NCBI GenBank assembly: GCA_964016885.1
Contig: OZ024755.1
Coordinates: 38,626,001 to 38,690,000 of the forward strand
From: Eledone cirrhosa
Taxonomy: Eukaryota
Length of the DNA stretch: 64,000 nucleotides
Direction of reading: 5' to 3'
The notes beneath the pieces are model-generated. The model did not search any database, was not told the DNA's origin, and saw nothing but the letters and a program-made list of their open reading frames with translations. How positions within the stretch are numbered: the stretch's first letter is position 1; each line of letters starts with the position of its first letter. Positions 13,693 to 27,867 of the stretch are shown piece after piece. The position numbers and the translations under genes are program-made.

Positions 13693-15179
13693 AGGTCGTT
13701 TTGGAAGCCTCAAGGAGCAAATCAACGCCGCCTGGACCAACATCTGCGACCGGCGGAAGCTCCCGAAGAAGCTGAGATACAACTTCCTCACGAAGAACAG
13801 CAGACTACCCGCCTTCTACCACCTCGTGAAAACACACAAACAGGGACCCGACCTGAAGATCAGGCCCATCGTATCGAGCGTGGAAGGACCGCTCTACAAA
13901 ATTTCATGGCTCCTAGCCAGAATACTCAAACCCATCCTAGACACCTTGCCGGGACACGTAAACAGCCCCGAGGAGGTGTTGGAGCGCTTGCATCAAATGG
14001 ATCCCGACACCAGAAAGGCTAACAGATATGCCTTCAGCCTTGATGTAGTCGCTCTTTACACCTCGGTCCCGGCACTCCCGGCCGTTAATATACTGATGGA
14101 ACGCATCCAATCTACCGACCTACACTGCTTCGGGCTCACCACCACTGACATCCACCAACTCCTATCCATCGTCGTTGACAACTTCGGATTTATCGACCAA
14201 ACATACCAGCAAACCTCGGGACTGCCCATTGGCTCAAGCCTGTCGGGTGTGCTAGCGATCTCAAACATGGACAGCCTCAAGCACAAGGGACTCAACACCA
14301 CCCAACGCCGTCGCCTTTTTCTCAAGGTACGTTGGCGACATCCTCATCCTCACATCTTCCCAAGAGATGGCGAACAGAATCTATGAGACGTTCCACAACA
14401 CGGACGAGAACATTGATTTCAGTGTTGAACACCCCAGCGACGACGGGTCACTTGCCCTCCTCGACTTCCGAATCAACATCACGGAATAGGGAGGGATCCA
14501 CTCCAACTTCTACCGCAAGGCAGCCTGCAGGGATCTGTTCGTCCACTACAAGTCCGCCCTCCCTCAGAGTGCTAAAAGAGGGTACATCACGAACGAGATC
14601 ACGCGAATTAAAAACAGATGCAGCGATCCCGCGACTGGTGTCACCCATACCAAGCAATTCCTCAAAGTGCTGGAGACGAACGGGTACCCTGCTTCACTCA
14701 CAAACAGAATAAGAGACACCAGACGCAAGAGGCAGAGAAACACCCAAGACAAGTGCTTCCTTAAAATATCACACCTGGGCAAGAATACCACCAACGCTAT
14801 CCGCAAGGCTATACGGAGGGAGGGCCTCGGCATCCACCTGGCCCACTCGGGCTCCTCTCTGCGAAGATGCCTCTCCAGGAAACCCGGGAAATCGACTGAC
14901 GCGTGCTCCCTCAGAAACTGCCCGATGCGCCATACGAACTGTTGCCTACGCACATACGTCGTGTATAAGGTAGAATGTAACAAGTGCAACCACTGCTATA
15001 TAGGTAGCACAATCAGGCCGCTACACATCCGGATCAAGGAGCACATCAACACCAGGGCCTCGTCTTTCCGGAAACACATAACCAAATGCGGAAACAAAGA
15101 CTTAAGGCCCATTGTCACAGTTCTAGCGACGGAACGAATCATGGAAGCACTTTGGATCAAACACCTAGGGCCACAATAA
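13693..15179 (+). pseudogene. Penelope-like element, RT + GIY-YIG endonuclease, frameshifted and 5'-truncated
   Basis: FYHLVKTHK, IRPIVSS, SLDVVALYTSVP, YQQTSGLPIGSSLSG, RYVGD (degenerate YVDD at 14328-14339), NGYP, VVYKVECNKCNHCYIGSTIRPLHIRIKEH. Confidence 0.9.
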
Positions 15180-15884
15180 ATATCATAATGTATTAAAGGT
15201 ATCTATAGGAAGTTGATTACTCCTTATTATATATCGCTATAATTGAAATACCCACACAAAGTGCTATATCTTTATATCAAAATTCACTGTAAATACAGTC
15301 TAGTCACAAAACCTATTAAAGGACCAATTAGAATTTTGTCTACATAACCCCTGGTAAGCTATGGAGCAGCGTACGGCTGTTTGCATGATAAAATCAAATA
15401 CATCTCTTGGGTAAACAAATACATCCCTCATTTACAATGTCATTAATCTATCCAATAAGTTATACATGCATATATAACTCATATATAATTCATTGCACCA
15501 CCCTACATATAAGTTAGACAGATTCCTTATGTTAATGAATTAATCCTATATATCTGATGTTATTACTCCATACATTTAATTACAGATGCATATATAATTC
15601 ACTGCCGTATCTAGTATTTAAAGTTTATATAAACTGTATTATATTTCAATCCCTATATAATTATAAGTAATTAAAAGTAATTATATTAAAAGTTGGTGTT
15701 TATGGGGATATTTCTAGGGTATAAAGTTATAGATAGATAGAATGATTTGTGACGAGGAAAGGGTGGATCAGAGAGTGTGGTGTAGTGGTGGAAGGCAAAC
15801 CCTTGAGGTGTGGTGTTAGAAGCGGTGATAGGTTCAAGTCTGACATTGCTATATATTGGGTTTAAAGTTTTGGAAGGAGTGTCG

Positions 15885-16370
15885 GAAGCGGTGCTGGCAC
15901 GACGCAAACACTTCCGATTTTTTATTAAGGAGGTTAAGGTTTGAAAAGATTACAGTATGGGTCTCTAGTAGACAGAGGTTACGGAATTTATTAGGTGGTT
16001 TGTACGATGCCGCCTTACCTATCACTTCCCATTGAAGTGTATATGATCTATTTCTAGTTTTCAGATAGTGTATGTAGCTAGATAGTGAAGTGGAGTTGGC
16101 TAGACTGTGTTTTTTGAAAGAATGGAGATGTGAGTTGTATCTCGTTTTGAAGCAGTTCGAAGTAGAGCCTATATAGGTTTCAGAAGAGTTGCTAGTTCTG
16201 ACCGTGCAAGAGTAGATTATGTCCTTGATTAAGCAGTTTTTAGCTAAAGGGCAGGTTCTATTAGATCTACAGTTACATTTATATTGGATGTTAACCTGTA
16301 GATTATTATGTTGTGTAGAAGTCTGGTTGTTAGGTATTGCATTATGGCTATGAAGGTTGTCGCTCCTAAT
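15885..16370 (-). pseudogene. PLE GIY-YIG endonuclease fragment
   Basis: KCNCRSNRTCPLAKNCLIKDIIYSCTV..TYIGSTSNCFKTRYNSH..KSEVFASCQHR. Confidence 0.85.
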
Positions 16371-16397
16371 GCTATTGATTTCATTATTGATTTCATA

Positions 16398-16449
<52 letters not shown>

Positions 16450-16717
16450 TAGCTTAGAGTTTAGACTCAATGGGGTCATTTACAATCATTTCAGCTCTAA
16501 GAATCGCTTCTGAGCAGAATAAGGCTTTTTGCCCATATGAGGCTGTGAGTATTGATTTATTATTTTTTAGATCGTAAAGGCAAACTTTATGTTGTTGAAT
16601 TAAGATATTTCATTCTAGCGATTTTATTAGTCAATTGCAACTAAAACATGTAAATGTTCATCAAATATTAATTTAATTTATATATATATATATATATATA
16701 TATAAGTATATGTATAT

Positions 16718-16888
16718 ATTGTTTTTGTGTCTTTTGTGTGCTTAGTTTGCGCATGTGTTAGATCCAGGTGTCTGTGTGTGTTTATATTTGTTTATTTATT
16801 TGTTTATTTACATGTTACTGTTTGTTCTATGTGTGTGTGTGTTTTCATTTTGTCCTTAATTGTAAGTTATGATGTTGCTATTCCATTC

Positions 16889-16946
<58 letters not shown>

Positions 16947-17256
16947 ACACACACACAGACACCCGGATGTAACACATGCGCAAACTAAGTACACAAAACA
17001 CACAAAAACAAGATGGCGTAGGACAGAACAAAGGAGAAGCACAAAAACAAAGAAAAGAATCCCCAGTCACTGAAGAGGTCACAGAATGTGTGACGAAAGA
17101 ACTTTGACAATATACGAACAATCGTCTGGTTGTGGAACTAACCAACCAAATGGAAATTTATAAATTCTTAAATTTATAAATTTAACTTATAATAAATTGG
17201 AGTGAAAGCAACTGGTGCGTGTGTTTCTTATAGGCAACATGACCCTCCCAAAGCAT

Positions 17257-17262
<6 letters not shown>
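16718..17262. mobile_element. Family B inverted pLTR fragments; hammerhead at 17066-17108 (+)
   Basis: gtca CTGAAGA ggtcaca gaatg tgtgac GAAA gaac TT tgac; homologous to the 3' UTR at 29378-29790. Confidence 0.75.
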
Positions 17263-17333
<71 letters not shown>

Positions 17334-17577
17334 GGATCCTTTCAATATATATATATATATATAGTATTTACGTATCGAGAAAGAGAGAAAAAGGAGGGAT
17401 AGGTGATACATATAGTTATTTGCCAAGTAGCGTATGCCAAAGGTGCTCGATACTAATGCCGGCAGTATTAAATATTCGAAGTGTTAATATTTAGTGGGCT
17501 AGAGAGTTAGCAGAGCGTAAGCACGTGGGAAAGTAAAAAATCGGAGAATAGACCGTTAAAACATGTTTATTTAAAAT

Positions 17578-17620
17578 ATCACCTACGTACGTTTCGCCCA
17601 GTTGGGCTTCTCAAGGGCAT
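17578..17620 (-). ncRNA. Hammerhead motif with U3-A8 core (family I)
   Basis: RC: cc TTGAGAA gccc aact gggc GAAA cgtacg TA gg; helix I is weak. Confidence 0.65.
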
Positions 17621-17924
17621 AAATAATCACAAGTGTTCCTTATATAGTTCGGAAAGAGTTTTGGGGGTTAAATCTACATAAGATTCATTGCTCGCAAAAA
17701 TATCTTGTTTTGATTTTGCAGCAGGTCAAGGGAGGTAACTCTGGCCGGTGTTAGGGCAGTCTTTCCCGGATAATTTTTTTTTTTTTTTTTTTTTTTTTTG
17801 CCGCATCCGTTAGTAAAAGGAAAAGAAAATGGTGACAAATTTTTTCCAGTGAAAAATAGGTTAATTAGGAATAAGTAAAAATGAGTAATAAGTATTGGTT
17901 AGTATTCAGTTTTAGTTTTAAGTT

Positions 17925-17965
<41 letters not shown>

Positions 17966-18300
17966 AGAAGTTATATTTAATTTGTTGGGATACAACAAGC
18001 AAATATTTTTATAACTGATATAAAGCACTCAACAAAATTTTCGGAGTAAAAATACAATATATTAACAAATGGAAACTATATTTATAAAACCATATTTATT
18101 TCATTATACATATTTCAAGGACACCAAAGCAAATTATGGTGCGCTTTCATCAGATAAAATATAATATAGATAAGTTTTATAAACAAATATTGACATACCC
18201 TTAAAAGAATGCGACCATGTCTGTTGGAAGCTCCCTTGAAATATGTATAATGAAATAAATATGGTTTTATAAATATAGTTTCCATTTGTTAATATATTAT
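17966..18300. mobile_element. Family A asymmetric palindrome; hammerhead at 18097-18161 (-)
   Basis: RC tattttat CTGATGA aagcgcacca..tggtgtcctt GAAA tatgta TA atgaaata; the right arm starts inside stem II. Confidence 0.8.
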
Positions 18301-18311
18301 ATATATATATA

Positions 18312-19312
18312 TATTTTCTTTCCATCGCACATATTATTAAACCCTTAAATATTATTCTTAATACATATTAACATTTTCTTTCCATCACACATATTATTAA
18401 ACCCTTAAATATTATTCTTAATACATATTAACATTTTCTTTTCATCGCACATATTATTAAACCCTTAAATATTATTCTTAATACATATTAACATTTTCTT
18501 TCCATCACACATATTATTAAACCCTTAAATATTATTCTTAATACATATTAACATTTTCTTTTCATCGCACATATTATTAAACCCTTAAATATTATTCTTA
18601 ATACATATTAACATTTTCTTTCCATCACACATATTATTAAACCCTTAAATATTATTCTTAATACATATTAACATTTTCTTTTCATCGCACATATTATTAA
18701 ACCCTTAAATATTATTCTTAATACATATTAACATTTTCTTTTCATCGCACATATTATTAAACCCTTAAATATTATTCTTAATACATATTAACATTTTCTT
18801 TCCATCACACATATTATTAAACCCTTAAATATTATTCTTAATACATATTAACATTTTCTTTTCATCGCACATATTATTAAACCCTTAAATATTATTCTTA
18901 ATACATATTAACATTTTCTTTCCATCACACATATTATTAAACCCTTCAATATTATTCTTAATACATATTAACATTTTCTTTCCATCACACATATTATTAA
19001 ACCCTTAAATATTATTCTTAATACATATTAACATTTTCTTTCCATCACACATATTATTAAACCCTTCAATATTATTCTTAATACATATTAACATTTTCTT
19101 TCCATCACACATATTATTAAACCCTTAAATATTATTCTTAATACATATTAACATTTTCTTTCCATCACACATATTATTAAACCCTTAAATATTATTCTTA
19201 ATACATATTAACATTTTCTTTTCATCGCACATATTATTAAACCCTTCAATATTATTCTTAATACATATTAACATTTTCTTTCCATCACACATATTATTAA
19301 ACCCCTCAATAT
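18312..19312. repeat. 60-bp tandem array, ~17 near-identical units
   Basis: attttctttccatcacacatattattaaacccttaaatattattcttaatacatattaac repeats in register with the 60-nt lines. Confidence 0.97.
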
Positions 19313-19667
19313 ACAAACGTTAACTTTACATTATTTTTCTCTTCGTTAATTTTCAAATTCTTTTAATTTATACATTATCTTCCAACGGTTTTTCAACCTC
19401 TCTATGTAAAACAATATATTTTTCTCAGTTATAAAAGCTATCTCTCTCTCTCTCTATCACCCATCTCTCCTCCTATCTCATCTTTCCTCATTATACTCCT
19501 CCCCCTCCACTTTTTACTCTCATCTCCTCCTCTTTTTCATCCTTTCCACACCCCCACCTCAAATTTTTTTTTCACAATATCACACATCAATCTAAAACTA
19601 CTTTTCATATGTTGATTTAAAACTGCACTATCCACAAGTGTTTTTTAACCTTCATATCATGTCTTCC

Positions 19668-19738
19668 TATTTTATCTGATGAAAACACAAATGTTATTGC
19701 ATGATGATATTTGTTTTTGAAATGCGCATAATAAAATA
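19668..19738 (+). ncRNA. Type I hammerhead ribozyme motif (family H)
   Basis: tattttat CTGATGA, 16-bp stem II, GAAA tgcgca TA ataaaata; second copy at 48225-48295. Confidence 0.85.
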
Positions 19739-19861
19739 CATGGAACTCTTTTAACCATCTTTTGATCTTATATATTATGTATACTCCAGTCCTACAAACT
19801 GTAGAGTGCTTCTTATCCGATATCTGCATTGCTTTATTGTACTACAATAAAACTCACCTCC

Positions 19862-20132
<271 letters not shown>

Positions 20133-20164
20133 AAGGCTGTGCTTCATACTTCCTGGTAATGTGT

Positions 20165-20339
20165 TGGCACAAGGTCAGCAATTACCCGGTGCATTACAGG
20201 TACTCTATTTTATCGACCCCTCTATTTTATCGACCTATATAAGGCGGAGTTAACCTCGTTGGGATTTGAACTCGGAATGGCAAGGGCCATAACTCTATGC
20301 ACAAAAGCATGGCGTCCGACCCTCTACCGATAATCCAAT
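20165..20339 (-). mobile_element. SINE S1, internally rearranged
   Basis: B box and body match; tattttatcgacc is duplicated. Confidence 0.8.
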
Positions 20340-20454
20340 CCAAATAATAATAATTACGCAGAAGCAAATTATTCATTAAAGTATTACCAAATATACAGAC
20401 ACACATATATATATACATGTGTGTGTGTGTGCTGGTGGTGGGGGGGGGGGGGGG

Positions 20455-20613
20455 CAGGGTCGTCTTAACATCATTATAGGCCCCCGGGAAAAGCAGAGCA
20501 CTGGGGGCCCCTACCTACACTACCACTCATAGGAATAAAAATACAAATGGGCCCCCTATCCTCGTGGGGCCCCCGGGCAACTGCCCAGCGTGCCCATGCG
20601 TTAAGACGGCTCT

Positions 20614-20614
<1 letters not shown>
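20455..20614. mobile_element. hAT-like MITE
   Basis: TIRs cagggtcgtcttaac / gttaagacggctctg (13/15) with internal gggccc motifs; no TSD visible. Confidence 0.7.
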
Positions 20615-20644
<30 letters not shown>

Positions 20645-21768
20645 GAGCCCAATGTAGTGTGGATCTGAATAGCTTATCGAAGCAAAGTGAAATCTGTCTT
20701 TGTGGAAAAGTGGTATTTTATTATATGTTGTTGAGTATTCAAAGAATGACGATATCAGATGCATTGAACAGTGATAAAGAAACAGACGAGGTTCGGTGGT
20801 TAATTTGTCCATTGCTTTACGATCGCTTCAAAGGGGAAAAATGAACCGATAGAAAAAACATAAAAATAAAAACAAAACACATAATACTGCTAGACCAGAG
20901 ATGTCTGGAAGTTGTTGATAATCCCCGGACTGAGTTCTTGGTATAGACACAGTCGTGTTGTTCATGTCCCTTTTTGAGTGATTGGCATCAATGTCCACAA
21001 TGTTGTATTGCCAAAATGGTAGAAACACTGAAAATATTAAAGACACCAGACGTCCACAGAGAGTTCTTGGACTGTTTTGTCGTGAAAGAGATGAGCATTG
21101 TAAAAAATAAAAACGCCGACAATACCAGCTGTCCATCTAGGAATCTCTACAGATACTGAACCAAATTATACTTTCTAGACAATAACGAAGAAATTGTTCA
21201 AAAGTATCTAAAAGTTCTTTGGCAAATGAGACATGTAAGGGGAATAATCAGTGCTGTATTATAGATGAGTGAGAGCAACATGAAACAATTATTGAAAAAA
21301 CTGAAAGATATTGATATTTAAAAGAAGCTAGAGGAATACAAGTAACTGTCATCTTTTCTGCATGAATCTTTTACACTTGTCCCTGTGGACAGTTAGCGGC
21401 AATCAATCTAAAAACATGTCCTTTATTGACACGATCCTGGTCATCAAAGGCACAGGAAGAACACAGCACAATAGATGATCTACAATGCGATACTATAGAA
21501 ATAACCAAACATAGAGATTGATATACACCTACACAGGTTCATAAAATATGTATATAAAACTGAAAAGGTAAAATACAAAAAGAAAAGAAAATAATACGAC
21601 ATATGTGTTGATGTGTAGATGTGTAGATGTGAGTGCGTGTGTATGTGTTGATGTGTAGATGTGTAGATGTGTAGATGTGTGTGTCTGAGTATGTGTGTAT
21701 ATCGTCGTGAGAAATAAGTTTTCTTTGTAAAGGTTAAATGACGTTAATAAAATATATATTCCTCTCTT

Positions 21769-21816
<48 letters not shown>

Positions 21817-21822
21817 CATGTT

Positions 21823-21864
<42 letters not shown>

Positions 21865-21924
21865 CATGTACTTGTATATATATATATGTGTGTGTACATG
21901 TGTGTATATGTATATATATATAAG

Positions 21925-22377
21925 TAGAAGGGTGTATTTAATTTGTTGGAAGTCCGACAAATATAAATGTTTATAACTGATTTAGAGCACTCAACAGTTT
22001 ACTGGAGTAAATATTCAATGATATTAAATAAATGGAAACTATATTTATAAAACCTTATTTATTTTATTATATATATTTCAAGGGCTCCAAGACACATTGT
22101 TACGCTTTCATCAGATAAAATACAAAGTTTGCTTTATAAATAGAGACATACCCATGAAAATCATACATTATCGGTTGCATATTCTCTGGATAGTCAGACT
22201 ATCCAGTGAATTTCCAACCGATAAGGTACGATTTTCATGGGTATGTCTCTATTTATAAAACAAACTTTGTATTTTATCTGATGAAAGCGTACCAATGTGT
22301 CTTGGAGCCCTTGAAATATATATAATAAAATAAATATGGTTTTATAAATATAGTTTCCATTTATTTAATATCATTGT
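21925..22377. mobile_element. Family A palindrome with two complete hammerheads (22060-22122 -, 22270-22332 +)
   Basis: ~180-bp inverted arms centred on ctggatagtcagactatccag; only the left arm carries the extra ~90-bp tail. Confidence 0.88.
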
Positions 22378-22651
22378 ATATATATATATATATATTCATG
22401 CACATGTATGTATATGTACATGTACATATACATACATGTATATGTCTCGCTCGCTTCACCCTATTCTACGTGTCCCTGTGACTTTTTGGGGTTGTTGCTC
22501 GCGCCGGCCAGAGGTATATGATCTTTGGTGCGAGGAGGTGCCAATGACAGCTGGAGGATCATCTAATTCATTCATATGTATTATGTATCCCATTTGCAAC
22601 AACGCAGCACGCCATTTTTCATTTATATGTACATGTATATATATATATATA

Positions 22652-23593
22652 TCATTATCTATAAAAGGCAGATTGTTGTTGTTGTTGTGTGTGTGTGTGT
22701 GTGTGCATGTTCCATGTTTATACATTTGCACAATTTCAAACCGATTCGACTCAACGTCTGTAAGAATGTTGTAAATGATCTAACTAAGTTCAACGACTAT
22801 TTATTTCATTCAAACTCCCCACAATTACGGAAATAATGGATAAAACTAAATACATGACGCTTTACCCCTCTAATACAATCTGATAACCTCTCTCTACTCC
22901 CCTTAAAATTCGATAAAACTACATACATGCTGCACCTTTCTCTTATATACGCTTAAACTTACAAACTTCCTTTACGAACGTCGAAGAAAGAAGAGAGAAA
23001 GAAATGAAGGAGAGAGTGAGTGAGAGAGAGTGAGAGAACGTTTGTCTTTGAGTGTGGAACGGTCAAACATTTGTTTACTTCAATGACAACAATTATTCAA
23101 AAGCAACAGATAAATTTATTCAACAACAAAAAAAAAATAGCGATAAATCTTTTTTAAAACATCTCTCAACGAACGTGGCAGAAAGAAGTATCAGTTTATT
23201 TACTATACACAATAATATCCTCTATGAGGTCACTAAACCTGCTAGAAACAGCAGCTAACTCTCCCCCATATAACACCTCTCCCTACTGTCTTAAATTTAG
23301 AAAACACACATTAAACAACCATGCAGAACAACTCTATCGCAGCTCTGTTGTTCGGCTACGCGCGTGTTGCGCAAGTACTGTGAAACAATAAATTTCAACA
23401 CTTCTTTGCACAGCGATAATATCCATAGGCGAAACTACAATTGTCACTGCTGGCGCAGCTCCTGCTTCGGCAGTCCAGGTCTGCAATTCATTCACCCAGT
23501 GCCTGGCAGACAAAAAAGTGCTGCCATAAAATGGGTGGTGCAACCTAACTTTGGTAACTTACTGACCCCGAGCAACGCCGGGCTTTAATGCTA

Positions 23594-23594
<1 letters not shown>
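22652..23594 (+). mobile_element. Non-autonomous Helitron-like element
   Basis: A|TC start, 5' microsatellite, 3' hairpin cccgagcaacgccggg followed by CTAG|T. Confidence 0.7.
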
Positions 23595-23640
<46 letters not shown>

Positions 23641-23770
23641 TTAGTTAAGCAAAACAATACCACAAATTTCACAAGGAATACATTATTAAAAGATTGTCAA
23701 CATATTTAGTTTGATGTAAGGAATGTAGAGAATAATAATAATAATAATAATATTAATAATAATAATGCCC

Positions 23771-23891
23771 GTTTACAATTGTTTCGCTACTCCGTATAAT
23801 ATTTCTGGATCAGATGACTATGTATCATAATTGATCTGGTTCAGTTGAAAATAATTAACATATTTAAAAAAACAGAGTGGCTCATCGGAAC
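23771..23891 (-). ncRNA. Hammerhead-like motif with long loop II, downstream of the PLE at 24280-25560
   Basis: RC gtt CCGATGA gccactctg ..~80 nt.. cggagtagc GAAA caattg TA aac. Confidence 0.55.
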
Positions 23892-24279
23892 TCAAAGGAA
23901 TATAAATTAAAATAATGTTACATAATATAATGTTCCATGTATTAGTTTTTACTATGGTGCCTTTGTTTCATCAGCTGTCAGCCATAATCAAGCAGTACTC
24001 ATCTGTCGAGGCTGCATTTTGTGAGATCTGCCTATGGATAACAAGATGGCTGCCAAAGGGCATATTTACCTTACTAATTAGAGGGTGGTTTCAGGGGAAG
24101 TAACTTCTCGAGAGATTAGAGATTGTGTGTATTTTATAGTTATGTGCTAGTAATTAAATTATTTAATTGAGAGACAATGTAGGGGAGGTAACTTATAATT
24201 ATCGAGTTGTTCATAGCAATTTAACTTATTAGCTACAATTAGAGATGGGGCTACATGACTAAGTTGGGTCAAAAACTCT

Positions 24280-25560
24280 ATTGGCGAAGGAATTAGCCCT
24301 TCGATGTTGACAGCTAATGGTTACCTCCGTTCTATCGTTAATTGGTAGAGGTCTTGATAGAGTTATGTAATATGCTTCCGTAACACAGAGATCACAAGAT
24401 TTCCTTCGTCCATTGAACGGTTGGGCCCTAGCTACGATATCCCATTTTAGTGAGTGTTGAACGTTGTTTAATTTAAGGTTTTTAATGAGCCTAGCTAGCG
24501 ATGTCGAACATCTGTTGCTAGGGTCTCGGAAGGAAAAAGAGTGCGCGTTATAGCGTACCTTAAAAGGGTTAGAGGTGGACCCGATATAAGAGCTGGTATT
24601 CGAAGCAGTCTCAACTGTGCACCTATAGACTGTTGGGTGTCAGGCAGTGTTCATTTAATGGGCATGCATTAGGGTACCGGCAGTTGCAGTTGCTTCTGCG
24701 GTTAGTGAGAGTAGGGTTATTTAACCTAAGCAGTTGGTCCGTGCTAGAAGGATTAGATGGGGGAGGTGTGCTACTAGAGTAATTATTGGTTTAGTGGCGT
24801 GGTGTATTTGATAGGGGTGGTGGTACCGCGGTGTGGGAGTTATAGTGTCTTAGCTTATGATGGTTACTGAACGCGATGAGGCTAGCTAGGTTAGGTGTAG
24901 TGGAGAATGAGATTTTAATGTTGTTTTTATTAAGGAGTTTGTAATATCTATGGTTAGGGGGGGGGGGAAGTGTTTGGATAGGATAGAAAAGAAGCGATTG
25001 GGGATATTAGTGGCTAGATTAGATGAGAATGGTGTGTTAAGCCAGGTGATCCTTCCTAGGGTTATTATTACCTGGGGGTTTGTTATTTGTCATCCCATTT
25101 CTCATTCCTATTCTAGGGTTGATTCTTAGTTTGCTACTAGGAGTGGGGAGCAGGCCGCTGCCACCATTAAAGTTCCCTGTATAGGTGCTGTTACTGCTAA
25201 AATTCCGGCGAATCTGGCTATATGCTAAGGTATTTCTAGTTCTAGTGTTAAGTTTATTATGGTGAGTTGCTGTGTTATGGCATTTTGGTATGTAATAATT
25301 TGATTGTTTATAACCAGATTCAGAGAGAGCTTTATTATAATATTGTGCGTGGTTTATAAATATCTCATTTGCTGATAGCATTGAGATCCTATAGGAGATA
25401 AATTTGATTACTGCTCTGATGATTGCCGGTGGGTGGTTAGAGTGTGGGCTAATATATGTGAGTATTTCGCCTGGTTTATGGTAAGGATTATAAAGGTTAT
25501 TGTTGAGATCAAGGGTCACGTCTAGGAAGTTTACTACTTTATGGTTCAGCTCGATTTTAT
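24280..25560 (-). pseudogene. PLE, RT C-terminus + GIY-YIG, frameshifted
   Basis: VNFLDVTLDL..PYHKP..SNHPP..; NCNCRYPNACPLNEHCL; SYIGSTSNPFKVRYNAH; CDLCVTE; SCQHR. Confidence 0.88.
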
Positions 25561-25738
25561 GGTTTAACCCCTCACGTTTTGGTTCAACCCCTCACGTTAT
25601 GGTTTCACTCTTCATATCACGGTTTAACCCTTCACGTTATTGCTTAAACCCTCACGTTATGGTTTAACTCTCCACGTTATGGTTTAACCCTGGCGTTATA
25701 GTTTAACCCTGACGTTATAGTTTAACCCCTGACGTTAT
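25561..25738. repeat. 20-bp minisatellite (ggtttaacccctcacgttat) x9
   Basis: Tandem, diverged units abutting the PLE 5' truncation. Confidence 0.85.
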
Positions 25739-26202
25739 CGCCGTCGTTGCTACAATTCTTTTAGTTTGTGAGAATCGGCTCTAAAACATAATGGAGAGAG
25801 TTATCATTCTTGTATGACAGAGATTTAATTGTTTTCTGTTTAAATCTGACTTAAACAGTGCCGCCGTTGTTGTACTTCCAATTTATGAAAATATATGTTT
25901 TAAACACATATCTGAAGTCATTATTGTCATACATCGGTCTTTTCTGCCCTTAATAAATATCGTTTATTAAAGGCAAATCAAATAAAATATTCGCAATTTT
26001 TAATATCTACGACGGATACTTATCTGTAGATCAACTGAAGAGCAATCGGATTTGTAACTCTCTCCACCTATTTGCGAAGCAGTTCTACCGAAACCTGGAT
26101 GTGTTAGTTATCATAATTTCGGTTTGTAATTCTTAATTATTCAATTCCAATACTGGATTTGAATAATCAAAACCGTAGCGGTATGTCGATTATCAAATCT
26201 TA

Positions 26203-26264
26203 TATTTTGTCTGACGAAACGTACTTAAACACCATTGTACCTTTGAAATATGTATAATAAAATA
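26203..26264 (+). ncRNA. Hammerhead motif (family A-like)
   Basis: tattttgt CTGACGA aacgtac..gtaccttt GAAA tatgta TA ataaaata. Confidence 0.75.
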
Positions 26265-26405
26265 TATATTTTGATTATGAGAATATTTTTCATTTATTAA
26301 TATTTTGAATAATATTAAATACTCCAGAAAAATCTCATGTCGAGTGCTTCTAATCTATTGTAAAATTGTTTCGTTGAATAATCAACGAGCCATAATAATC
26401 TTTGG

Positions 26406-26476
<71 letters not shown>

Positions 26477-26639
26477 TATATAGTAATAATAATAAATTTG
26501 AAGACTAAAATCCAAAGAGGGCTCGATAAGGATAGCAGCGAATCTTTGCTTAAACTTTAATCTGTTATTTTAATATATATATATATGTAAAAGAAATCAA
26601 AGAACGCCTACATACTCATACAATTTTTCGTGGTTTACG

Positions 26640-26671
<32 letters not shown>

Positions 26672-26673
<2 letters not shown>

Positions 26674-27122
26674 GAAAAAGAGATGAAATCGAAAATGCAA
26701 CTGGAGTCTTATTTTTAAAAAAAATATATATATTTATTTGGTTCCTTTACCGGTTTCGCAGTTCTTCTGCTTTTCAAAAGGTGAGTTGAGATGGAGGGTC
26801 TGTGGTTTTTCTCACATCTGGTTGGTCTCTGAATGTGACTTGTTTTATATGGAAAAAGTGGCTCGAAATGCCAGGTTTTTCGGGAAGTAATTTGATTGGT
26901 TTGTCAAGATGTGAGAAAAACCACAGACCCTCCATCTCAACTCACCCTTTGAAAAGCAGAAGAACTGCGAAACCGGTAAAGGAACCAAATAAATATATAT
27001 ATTTAAAAAAAAAATAAGACTCCAGTTGCATTTTCGATTTCATCTCTTTTTCTTTATACTTTCACTCGTGTAGGACACCTCGGTTATTTTTCATTTTGTA
27101 AAAAAAAACCTCACTTTCCAAT
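26672..27122. mobile_element. Family O palindrome with two U3-A8 hammerheads (26744-26781 -, 26945-26982 +)
   Basis: ~147-bp inverted arms, ~90-bp spacer, tail on the right arm only, (TA)n flanks. Confidence 0.82.
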
Positions 27123-27182
27123 ATATATATATATATATGTGTGTGTGTGTTTGTCTCTCTTTATTATATTATGGACGCCATA

Positions 27183-27360
27183 CTATCGGTAGAGAGTCGG
27201 ACGCCTTACTTTGACGCATAGAGTTACGGCTCTTTATGGTCTGAGTTCAAATCCCGCCGACGTTAACTTTGCCTTTCATCTTTACAGGGTCGATAAAATA
27301 AAGTACCAGTAATACACTGGGATAATTATTGGCCTTGTGCCAAAAGTTGAAATAATTATA
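27183..27360 (+). mobile_element. SINE S1
   Basis: Matches 3688-3870. Confidence 0.88.
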
Positions 27361-27799
27361 TTATATTATAAACTCGGAAAATTTCTTTCTTGAGCTATTT
27401 TAATTATAAGGGACTATTGCGAGTTTTTAACTCAATATATACTTTTGATATATATATTTAAGTGTGTGTGTATGTGTGTGTGTGTGTGTGTGTATTATAT
27501 ATATATATATATAATATCTGGCTCGTGATCTGGGTTGGTACTCCAGACCAGACTCCAAGACTGCCTGATCCTCAGACCAGTGTTAACACAACAAAAAGCC
27601 CATCACATCTGAAGACCACCCAGCAGTAACAAGACACTAACAATGGAGTGACCAATGACGGGCCTAGAATCGGGCACACCTAGCCCGTGCATTACAAGAA
27701 AATATACGTGATCACACACATACATACACACTTGCATAAAATTCCTACGCTCACATTCAAATTCTACATGTACATACATATACATGCACACATACACAC

Positions 27800-27864
<65 letters not shown>

Positions 27865-27867
<3 letters not shown>

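Noticed and set aside
18312-19312. CRISPR-like periodicity
   Set aside because: No unique spacers, no cas genes, eukaryotic context
21925-22377. Interpretation of the palindromes as MITEs/DNA transposons
   Set aside because: Arms are asymmetric, variably truncated, contain ribozymes and match the 3' end of an RT-encoding element
25561-25738. Interstitial telomere (taaccc)
   Set aside because: The period is 20 bp, not 6; only one hexamer per unit
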